From contig OZ024761.1 in NCBI GenBank assembly GCA_964016885.1, positions 1,922,001 through 1,986,000 on the forward strand: DNA of 64,000 nt, read 5' to 3'. This stretch comes from Eledone cirrhosa (taxonomy: Eukaryota). Under the pieces are notes generated by a model. That model had not been told where the DNA came from. It worked only from the letters and a program-made list of their open reading frames with translations, and ran no database searches. Positions 53,334 to 64,000 of this stretch are shown in pieces. The translations under genes were made by a program, and so were the position numbers. Positions within the stretch are counted from its first letter, which is position 1; every line of letters starts with the position of its first letter.

Positions 53334-56049
53334 GGCGACCTACGTAGTAAATCGTATCATCGTGAGCTCCGCAAAGGTTTGTTGTTTCCGTTTGTTAAAA
53401 ATTGCCATTTATGGAAAATTTTATTGTTAACTATATATAAGCGCACATACATTGTTTTCCGAAAAGGACACCCAAAAAGATTGGGGCCTTGTGCCCAAAA
53501 TTTAAACATTTATAATTATCAAAAAACATTTCTTTGAAAAAAAACATGGAAGTCTTACAGCCACACGAAGCTGACAGCCTTCCTCATAAACTAACACCTC
53601 ACACCGACACCACCATTGTAAATATTACTACGTTTGCCAACACAAAAAATTTAAGCAGTAGCAATATTTTAAATTTGTCTCAGGCAGACATTCATTTCCC
53701 GCCATTACCAATGACTGCAGGTGTTAAAGCCGCCACGACCACCACCACCACCGCGACAACCCCCACCCCCACCACCACCGCAACAACAGAAACAAAAGAA
53801 GAAAAAAATAAATTAACTCGTGATGTCGAAATGAATTCAACCAAAATGGACTCTTCCACATCGAACACCACTGACGACACCACCACCACAACTGAAACTA
53901 AAATTAATAATAACAAAAATAACGATAACAACAACAGCAACAAGGACATTAAAAAAACCACCCTGAGTTTTGCCAGAGTAGCAAAACAGTGCGAAGCATT
54001 TCAGGTAACTCAGGAGGAATTAGAAAATGCCAAAAAAATGGTAAAGAAAGATGGGTACAGGGTCAGCCTCCTCCCCCCCACACACACACCTAATAAAATG
54101 GAGCATCGGCGCCTATGCACCGTGTCGTATCGAACAATTAATGTAAAATCGCGCCGAGTGGAACGGGCATCCGAGTCCCAAATCCAAAAAGCTTTGGGAC
54201 ATGTGTGGGCAAGAAAAACCCACATCAGACGTGGGCAGAAGTATGGAACCGTGGACGTGTTCTTTGAAACACCAGAGGAGGCTAGAGAACACTCCATGGC
54301 CCCATTAAGAAGTGACGACTTCACACTCGTCCCAAGCTATTGTGGCCAGAGACTCGTAAAGATCAGGGTGACCCACGTTCCACCGGCCATCGAAATTCCC
54401 TGGCTAATAGCTGCCGTCCTCGCCGGCATCGAAGCCAACACCAAGATAATAGCAATAGCAAAATAAAAGCAGGAGAACTGGTCCGGATCTGGGTTGGAGC
54501 TCCTGATCCAAGCGGACCAAAAAAGCATTGAGGAGATCCCAGAGGTAATAGACCTCACTGACGGCAGCCACCTCACTGTAATTGTCGAGGGCAGAAGGCC
54601 TAGGTGTGTAGTTTGTGGTGAAGGAACCCACCTAAGGGCTTTCTGCCCTCAGGCTAAAAGGTTGAGGCCACCTCTCCTATCCACCCCAGTGACTCAACCA
54701 TCAACACCACCAGTAGCAGAGATGGCAGCAACAATTGTAGCAGCAACAACAGAAGCAACTATAACAGCAACAACCCCAGCAACAGTAGCAAAACCAACAC
54801 CACCACCACCCAACGCTTCAGAACTAGCACCAGCGCCTACACCATCCACCACGCCACAGCCAAAACTAACACCTGTGGAGGATTTTCCACTCCCCGGCCT
54901 ATCACAACTGGAGACAGATTGTGACGACGAGGAGTGGGAAACGGTATCAGGAAAAAAGAAAAAAAGAAACCAAAAAAGAAAAAAAATTCTCTTCCTTCCC
55001 CCCCAAAAAACAAAATACAGAGGGAAACAAATAAATTAACAAACAAAAAAGTTAGGACAGATATGCCAGCATCCACACCAGCATCACCAACCCCATCACC
55101 CCAAACACCAACACCATCACCATCATTAACCCCAACACCACCATCACCTACACCAGTGGTCGCCAACATGGGTTCCGCGGAACCTTGGGGTTCCGTAAAA
55201 CAAACTCCGGGTTCCTTAAAAAAATAAATATTTACATTACCATTAATATTTTGGGTTTTCTGAAAAAGGTGCAAAGAAAATGCCAAAGGTGCAATGTATA
55301 AATGAACAAGTACTATTGTAGTGTACACAGGTTCTCCACTCCAATTCGTGGAAAACACTACTTTCAGTTTCTCACTTGAATTAGCAGAAAAACACTGTTC
55401 TGAGATTCGTGAAAATTGAATACTTTCAATTTCACATCTATTCTTGGAAAGACAAAGTTTTCTGAATTCCGAGAATTTGACTACTACTGATAATACACTA
55501 ATTGAACTTAGAAATTGACCAATCACGAACAAGTAAATGTTGGTCGATAACAGCATAACTTTAAACTGAAAACTTCAGTTCAGCGAGGTCTTTCAGCCGA
55601 GAGACAGGGTCAGTTCGCTGTTCTCACAACGTAAGTTCAGTAGAATGTTTTTAATAGAGAACACGTTTTAATCTGCTGTCCTCACAAAAGCTTTAAAGTC
55701 GCCTAAAGTTTCCTCACATAGTGAACTCGCTTACTAGTCGTTTTCAACGTGCATCCAGTTCTACAGACAATTCTAAATAAGAACACGTTACATTCTGTTG
55801 TACTTGCACAGAAAATATAACGCCTGTAAAGTTTCGACTACTAACAAAGGTAATTTTGTATTCCATGCATCCACTATAAACTTTGCCACACAATTATGTA
55901 TTCATTTGATGACATCTGCATTCACAATTGAGAAATTACTTTATACAATAAATATATATGTCCACAAACATTTGACTAAACTTTATTTGTTCCAATCTAA
56001 TATATGTTTAACGCAGCCTAAAGCCTTCTTATATTATATCTAACTTTGA

Positions 56050-56143
56050 AGGTTGACTTTGCCTTTCATCCTTACGGGGTCGATAAAATAAAGTACCAGT
56101 AATGCACTGGGTAATTGCTGGCCTTGTGACTAAAGTAGAAACA
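56050..56143 (+). mobile_element. 5'-truncated SINE inside the hAT element
   Basis: 17-bp TSD ATTATATCTAACTTTGA at 56033-49 and 56144-60. Confidence 0.9.
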
Positions 56144-56588
56144 ATTATATCTAACTTTGAGTCAAAATAGATAGAAGATATCTGAATTAATTTCCAATAC
56201 CATCGTCACATCTTCTACACTATCAGCTGATTTGCATTTTTTGCACCTTTTAGTATGGCAGATATTTAAATATATTTACATTACCAATAATATTTAATAC
56301 GACCCTAAAGTAGTATATGCAGGAAGTGCTGGACTCTGAAAAAGATTTCTTCTAGTTGTTTATAAATTTGCACCTTTTTCAGTAACCCCTAATATTTTAA
56401 TATTATTGCCATCCTAAAATGGAGAAATTTCAATTTTTAAAAATTTAAATTCTTTTTTAACTAGTTAAGTTTTTCCAAATATCTAAAATTAAAGTTAATT
56501 TAAGTACTTTTTGTAATAAAAAAAACTTAATTTCTCTTGTTTATTAATGTCATATTAAAAATATTAACTGCAGATAAATAACCTTGAT

Positions 56589-58483
56589 ATGATGTCTACT
56601 GCAAAGAAGCTGAAGTTAGATACCAGCAGTAAGGTTAGACAGTGGTGTGATGATTATGTTAGATATGGATTTCAAAAAGCTGACACTAAAAAAGATACAC
56701 CAGATCAGCCCATGTGTTTGCTATGTTCAAAAGTTCTATCAAATAGCTGTTTAAATCCTGCAAAACTTAAAAGACACCTTGATACTAATCACACCAATGA
56801 TAAAAGCAAGTCACTGGAATACTTTACTTCGCTGAAAAACAACATAAAAAAAATCACAAGCTAATATGTATGACTTGTTTTGTAAAAAGTCAGATAGAAA
56901 TAAAACTTTAACAAGAACATCTTTTGAAATTTCACATTTGATTGGTAAAAACAAGAAACCATTTACATTAGGAGAAGAGTTAATTCTGCCAAGTATAAAA
57001 ATTGCTACAGAGAATCTTTTTGAAAGCTGCAGTATTAAGGACAAAGAAAAATTAAGCCAGTTACCATTGTCAGCAAATACCGTAAAAAGAAGGATAATTG
57101 ATATTTCTTCTGATATAGAAAATCAGATACTAACTGCACTAAAGAAAAGCACATGTTTTGGTCTGCAAGTGGACGAAACTACGGATATTTATAACAAGGC
57201 TCAATTAATTTGCTATGTACGGTTTGTAGACCTTGATAAAAAAGAATTAGTAGAAGAGTATTTGTTTTGTCTGGTATTAGACATCACAACTAAAGGTCAA
57301 GATATATTCAATAAAATTGAAGAGTATTTTTTAAAAAAGGTGTATCTTGGAGCAAGTTGACTTCAATAACAACAGATGGAGCAGCTGCAATGACTGGTAA
57401 AAATTCTGGTTTGATTGCAAAAATTAAAGAACAGACCCCAATTGTATTTCAAATCATTGTATGATTCATTGAGAGGTTTTGTGTTAAAAAAAATTCAAAG
57501 ACAGAGATGCTCAAATATTAAATAACCAGCTGAAAGACATTGTCAACATTATCAATTTGATCCATGCAAGAGCAAAAAATTCTAGAATGTTTGAATCTAT
57601 TTGTGAATCTTCTGGAAGTAATTATAATAGATTGTTATTGAACAATGATGTGCGTTGGCTGTCTTTTGGGGATGCTATGAAGAGAGTTTTTGAACTGAGA
57701 GAAGAAATAATAGTTTTTCTAAAAAAACAGAATGATGAAAGAGCAAGTGTATTAGAAACCAATGAATGGAATGTGCAACTCGCTTATTTAGTAGACATTT
57801 TTGGTGAACTGAACAAACTAAATAAGTGTCTTCAGGGTAACAATGCAGATATTTTTACTTCAATCAATTTTATTACATATATTCAATCAAAATTAAACAT
57901 CTTTATAAAAAGAATTGAATCGGACAATTACTCATTACTTTCAAACCTTGAAATAGAGCTTAAAAAGAGAGAAGATTTTGACTCCAGCAATCTAAAGAAG
58001 ATTATTCTTTCTCATTTAAATGTGCTTTCCACAAGTTTTTCAGATTATTTTGACTTGATGGAAAAAGATATTGTTAGCGGAAATTTATGGATAAAAAACC
58101 CGTTCACCGAGATCGAGCAGTTAGTGTCAGAAAATGACGCTGGAAATTGTAAAAATTTAGTACCTGCACAATGCTTACATCAGTTGATGGATTTGAATTC
58201 AAACGAAGACCTAAAAGTGATATTCGAAAGCAGAAAGAAAGAACTATGGATCGACTTATTCTTGATTGGGTAGTTTAATGAAATCAGCCAACTTGCATTG
58301 AAATATTTGACTTTATTCCCATCTAGCTACTTGTGCGAAGGGTTTTCGCAGTTGGTAGAAATCTGCACAAAGAAGATGAATAAACTGTCAGCAATTGACG
58401 AGTGTATGAGACTGGCATTAACTAGTGTTGAACCTCGATTTTCTAAACTCACTGATGAGGCGCAGCAGCAGAAAAGCCACTAG
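56589..58483 (+). pseudogene. Buster-type hAT transposase with frameshifts and stops
   Basis: BED finger PMCLLC..LKRHLDTNH, LQVDETTD, TDGAAAM, HCMIH*, VRWLS, FPSSYLCE.GFS, QQKSH. Confidence 0.92.
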
Positions 58484-59049
58484 TTAATTGTGTTCGATTA
58501 CATACACACGCATGAAACACTAAAATAAATAAATACCTTATTATTTTTTTAAAAAAAGTTTTGTATTGTATAGGTTCCGTGAAGAATTCAAAATATTTAG
58601 AGGGTTCCTCGGTTTTAGAAAGGTTGGCGACCACTGACCTACACCACAAAAGTCACCAAAATGCGAAACAGAAACAAACCCACAACAAACGTAAACAAAA
58701 CAAAACAACCAAAACGATACACACTACACAGCATTAAATTTGAACAACAAACAATTATTACACTACATCCAACACAACACCAGCATCACAGAAAAAGACT
58801 ACACAACAACCCAAAAATTCACACCACCTCCACACATACAAATCACTCGCATCACACAGAAAACGTACATGACACTAAAACAAAAATTCCCCAAAGACAT
58901 CGGAGACTTCCGACAAGCACTCTCCAGGAGGATTTATAAGGACATCCTTCCTGAGGAGGCCACAAGCAGTGAAAAGGATGGAAAAACCGTCCTTCCTCTA
59001 CGAGAAGTAAGGTAAGTGGTCTTTCCCATCTTTTCCACTCCATTTCAAC

Positions 59050-62000
59050 ATGACCTCACTCAGAATAGGCAGCATAAATGCGCGTGGCTTGGGGTCGTCA
59101 TGGAAGCAGGGCCACCTGCTCAACGACCTCAGGTCACTAAACATAGATGTAGTGGCCATCAGCGAGACCAGAATCTCCGAAGCACGGGCCTTCGCACCGA
59201 TCTTCGGCGGCTACGATGTGTACGCATCTCCCAGCCGTCCGGGATCGGGGGGTGGAGTTGTTGTGATTTTTCGGAGAGGTTTGGATCTTGCCATACGGGT
59301 CATCTTCCTGGACCCAGAAGGTAAGTTGGTGGTGCTGGACGTGACCAGCGGAGACGGGCAAGCTTTCAGGTTAGTGGCCATCTATGCCCCGACAGGAGCA
59401 GGGCGGCCTGATTTCTTCAGGCGTCTGGAGACCTTTCTTGGAACGTTCCGCTCTTTAGTGTTAGTGGGCGACTGGAACGAGATCTTAGATGCACGCTGGG
59501 ACTGTGTGGGATTAGTGGATAGGGGAGGAGAGTGCAAGAGTCTCACCAACCTGCTCAGGCGTTTTGAACTGTCTGACAGGTACCGATTGGATTTCCCGAA
59601 TGTACCAATGTGGACTTGGACAAATCGCATAGGGTCATCCAGATCATATTTAGATAGAGTATTTTGTAGGGAAATAGATAGGTCTAGCATAGGCTGTCCA
59701 CAATTCAAGATAGTCAGCTACACGGACCACAAATTCGTGATCTGTGTGCTTGACTTAGATAGGCTTCATAGACGAGGACCCGGCTACTGGAAGCTAAACG
59801 CGTCGTTACCAGCGCGCAAGGCCTACAGAGACCGGATTAGCGAACTAGTTAAGCGGGCTTTGACGGGGGCCATCGTCAACAACAAGTGGTGGTTTGCTCT
59901 GAAAAGAGCAATTAGAATAGAGTCCATTAGGTTTAGTAAGGCTTTAGCAATAGAGAAAAATAGAGCAGAGGGAGAATTAGTTAGAAATTAGACGAGGCGC
60001 TTTGCAAAGGCATCCCGACCGACGTACTTGCGGCGAAATTGGCCCTTGACCAATTCTTCAATGCAAAGCACGAAGGCTGCGTTGTCAGAGCTAGGGTGCG
60101 TCCTCTCAGACACGAGGGGACGAAAGCCGTTCAATGGGCCCGAGTGGCGGAGGCGCGTCGTGGCAACAAAGCCACGATCCGGTCTTTGGTGGACCACGAC
60201 GGGCGCATGCTACTCAATCCCGGGAAAATGTGTGAAGCTTTTCAGCGAATCTTCGCTCAACTGTTCGGGGGCAGCGGCGGGCCGGATCGAGGGATGGACT
60301 TTAGTGTCTACCTCGACGGGCTGCCGCGGCTCTCGGCCACTGAGGCGGAGTGTTGCGAAAAGCCGATAACAGCCGCTGAAGTACGGGAGGCAATGACTGG
60401 CTGCACAAGGGGTAAATCGCCTGGTTTGGATGGTCTGCCTATGAACTTTACGTACAAATGCCAGACTTTTTCGGAGGCCTCTTGGCGGACGTCTACTGCA
60501 ACTGGCAACAGAACGGGAGAATTTCCAGCTCTGTGAGCCGAGGAGCGGTGGCGCTGCTGAGAAAGGATCCGAACAATGGGGATAACATAGATAATTTTAG
60601 GCCCATAACTCTGCTAAACACAGAGTTCAAGATTTTGGCCAAGGTGCTAGCAAAGAGGTTGGCGCTTGTCGTTGGTGGTCTGGTGGGAGAAGCTCAGACA
60701 TGCGCCATTCCCGACAGATCCATCCACGACAACCTCCACCTCATGCGATACATCGTAGAGAGGGTAGCTAGGGAACCTGGCACGGGTGGGTCTTTGATAA
60801 ATTTAGATCAGTCGAAAGCTTTCGATAGAGTCGACCATCGTTACCTAGCGGCAGTCCTGAGGGCGGCTGGCTTTGGGCCCGTCCTCAGAGGCTGGATCGC
60901 TGCCATGCACAGCGACATCTGCTCTGTGGTGAGAGTGAACGGTCACCTTTCGGAACCGTTCAACATCATGCGCTCGGTCCGCCAAGGATGTCCCCTCTCG
61001 TCCCTCTTGTACGTATTGACTCTCGAGCCATTACTGCACAAACTGGAGACGTTGAGGGGGTCTCGCGCGAACTAGGATGCGGAAGATCCGTGTCAGCATA
61101 TGCGGACGATGTCACCGTAGTGGTGTCGAACGCCAAACACATCGAGGCGATCGGCACTACACTAAGAGAATACGAAGCGGTGACAGGAGCAATGATCAAC
61201 CAGGAAAAGTCAGTGGGCCTGCAGCTCGGCACCTGGAGAGGCAGGTCCATGCCGTCCAACGGCGTCGTCGGGCGCTGGACAGACGGACCGGTTAAATTGC
61301 TAGGGGTCTGGTTCGGTCCGGACCTCCAGACGGACAAAAACTAGGACGAGGTGACGAGCAGGGTGGCTTCTCTCACCCAGAAATGGGCGGGGAGGAAGCT
61401 ATCCCTGAAAGGTCGAGCGGAGGTGGCTAACGCGTACATCGCGTCCGTCATCTACTACCGCCTGACCGTCGTACCTTGTCCTAAGCCCCGCCTGACTGCG
61501 CTGGAGCGTTTGCTCTTTCGCTTTTTGTGGAAGGGATGCGCTCCGATGGTCAGGCGGTCCATCTGCTGTCAACACCCGCTACGTGGAGGGCTGGGCATGC
61601 CGTGGCTGATGATGCGCAGACATGCGCTCAGGCTACGACATCTCCACCTCTTCCTCGACGGTGATCAGGTGTGGTCGCCGTTTGCTAGACACGTCTTTGC
61701 CCAGCTCGTCTCCTTGACGGAGCTGCAGTCCTGGGTCAAGCGAAGACCGAGAGGGAGCGCTTGGAGACTGGAATGTCTTCAGGCGCTAACTGCCTTCGAC
61801 CAATCGGGCAATGTGATCGGTGGAACATCCACCTTGGCGTTCTATAGAGGATTAGTGGAGGGGAAGAGCGACGACGTACTTGGAGAAACTCTAGGCGTCG
61901 ACGAAAATCAACTAGCCAATCTCTTCGGACGGACTTTCGGGCCGGGGCCTATGGACAACTTCCAGAAATCCCTGGCCTGGCAGTGCTACCGGGGAGCTTT

Positions 62001-62466
62001 GCCAGTTCGGGATAAACTCTACAGGCATGGAGGTGCCGTCAGCCGGGCATGTTCGAGATGCGCGCAGGGCGACGAAACCGTCCTGCACGCACTCGTCCAG
62101 TGTGCTGGCATTGCTGACTTGTGGGTTTATGTCGAACACCTGCTGTCACGTGTAGGACGGATCCAGCTATCAGCTGAGTCTATCGTGAGGATTGCCCCGC
62201 CCTCTACCTTTAGCCTGGAAGGGCAGGCAGTTTTTATCTGTCTGGTGGCCATGGCGAAAGAGATAGTATGGTGGACACGTTTGAAAGGGCTGAAGACGAG
62301 CACTAACCTCTTCGGTGATGCCCTGATTAACTTTTTCAAATTTCATTTGAAAAGGAAAATCAGGGTAGAGGGGGAAGTGCTCTCTTCCCAGCATTTTGTT
62401 GAAAGATGGGTGAGAGAGGCAAGAATGGCCCGAGTGAATGGGCCTACTCTGAGTATGTGTCTGTAA
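59050..62466 (+). pseudogene. Tx1 ORF2 (three 1-bp frameshifts plus TAG at 61342-44)
   Basis: SINARGL, ISETR, GDWN, YLDR, TDHK, VRQGCPLS, AYADD, CSRC...H...C. Confidence 0.9.
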
Positions 62467-62732
62467 ATTAAAGGTGGAAAACTGGGAGAGGGCACTTGCC
62501 CTGGTGGTCAGGGTCACTGTGGTCTTTTAATGGGCTTTCTCCACAAATGTCTCTCGGAAGTCTCCCCCCCCCCCCCCCTATTGGGGAATTTTTCTTTGTT
62601 ATTTTATTACATCCTCTGTTTTTTTACACGCAGAAATGCCCATTTGTACCGTCCTGTATTGTCCTGTACTGTCCTTAATGTCTACTTTATGTAAACCCTT
62701 GTGGTTAATAAAGAAATCATTATTATTGTTAT

Positions 62733-62848
62733 CGAGGTTGACTTTGCCTTTCATCCTTACGGGGTCGATAAAATAAAGTACCAGTAATGCACTGGGTAAT
62801 TGCTGGCCTTGTGCCTAAAGTAGAAACAATTATTATTATTATTATTAC
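62733..62848 (+). mobile_element. 5'-truncated SINE with (ATT)n tail
   Basis: Near identity to 56050-56143. Confidence 0.88.
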
Positions 62849-62849
62849 A

Positions 62850-64000
62850 GTTGCATTTATCTTGCTTTATGTTCATACGAGTTATCACCAAGTCACAACC
62901 AGTGACCTCAAGAGACAACAAGGTCTGCCATGTTCAAGAAAGAACATACATACTCACACATGCATCTTTAGTGTTTAGACTTGTGATGTACTTATATTGA
63001 CAGAATCTTCCTTAGTATATGGGCAGTTCCCATTAGTACTATCTTTTGTATTTCTCCTATACGCGGGTTTCCTGGGATTTGCGATATGTAATCATTAGAC
63101 CCCTTAGGTATCATTCCCAGAGCGCCTACAACCACTGGTATTGTTTTAGTTCTCAATTTCCACATTTTTCCAATTTCTATCTCCAGGTCCTTATACTTGC
63201 TCAATTTTTCAAATGTTTTTATAGATACATTCTTGTCTATTGGAACAGACATATCAATTAGCAGGCATACCCTCTTTTGAAAGTCTTTCAATATTATATC
63301 AGGTCTGTTTGCATCTATTTTTCGGTCTGTTTGGATGCTAAAGTTCCACAAGATTGAGATGTGATCTTTTTCAAGTATGGGAGGTGGTTGATGCTCCCAC
63401 CAATTCTTTTGATGGGGCAGGTCAAAATGCTTACACATTATCCAATGTATGTATTGTGCAGCTCTGTCATGCCTGTTTAGGTATTCGGTTGGAGCTATAG
63501 GACTGCACATTGAAATTATATGGTCAATGGTCTCTGGTTGTTTTTTGCATACACGGCATAATGGGCTGCACCCATTTTTTATTATGTTGGCTTGGTAATT
63601 TTTTGTTGGCAGACACTGATCTTGTGCCGATATAATCAGTCCTTCAGTCTCCGATTTCAGTCCAGAGGATGCCAACCACTGATGGGTTAAAGTTTTGTCA
63701 ACATCAGGATTGTTAGCTCGCTCTGGGTATTTTCCATACAGAGGCTTTTCTTGCCATTTCTTAGCCAGTTTCTGTAGCAGTTCTTTCTTTGCAGTTACTT
63801 TTACCTGCTTTGCTTTTTCTGTGTTTTCCATTTCAGCAGTAAATGGGACTTCTGAAATTTGTAGTCCATTACTGTATCTTTGTGCATCTTTTGTAATGGA
63901 ATATGATCTTTTGATGCTTTCGTGTTTCAAAACGAGTTTGATCATCTAATCATGTGATTCCCTTAGATATGTAGATAATCCAATTGTTGCAGTTTTCAAC
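62850..64000 (-). mobile_element. R4/Dong-type LINE 3' part (ORF 62992-63945; element continues beyond the window)
   Basis: ETEGLIISAQDQ, CRVC..ETIDHIISMC, RHD, NRPDII..LLIDMSVP..KLSKY. Confidence 0.9.

Larger units (their letters stand above)
55154..58636 (+). mobile_element. hAT (Buster/Charlie-type) DNA transposon, complete
   Basis: 14-bp TIR CAGTGGTCGCCAAC; 8-bp TSD ACCTACAC (55146-53, 58637-44) with central TA. Confidence 0.95.
53334..62718 (+). mobile_element. Full-length Tx1-clade LINE, ORF1 interrupted by a hAT element
   Basis: ORF1 with CVVCGEGTHLRAFC zinc knuckle; ORF2 APE-RT-CCHC; AATAAA at 62707; (ATT)n flanks. Confidence 0.92.

Overview
AT-rich animal genomic DNA dominated by transposons. 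The (TA)n expansions, (GAT)n-tailed RTE LINEs and the recurring SINE suggest a cephalopod such as octopus (inference). Two spliced host genes lie on the + strand. One is NTAQ1/WDYHV1 N-terminal glutamine amidohydrolase (five exons, 12169-23483; first coding exon not found). The other is the 5' part of a secreted S1 serine protease (exons 39618-39672 and 49808-49964). The remainder is nested mobile DNA: Penelope-like elements (PLEs), RTE, CR1, Tx1 and R4/Dong-type LINEs, a DD37D mariner, a hAT/Buster element, a piggyBac MITE, Helitron ends and SINEs. Main observations: about 11 type-I hammerhead ribozyme motifs, including U3-A8 core variants and a head-to-head pair inside a 215-bp palindrome; the same in-frame TAG at an expected Trp in two diverged Tx1 copies; apparent (ATT)n targeting by Tx1 and R4/Dong elements; head-to-head fusions of different retroelement RNAs; and a minisatellite that repeats an NTAQ1 splice donor. 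All calls come from manual reading. No searches were run, and element boundaries without TIR/TSD support are approximate.
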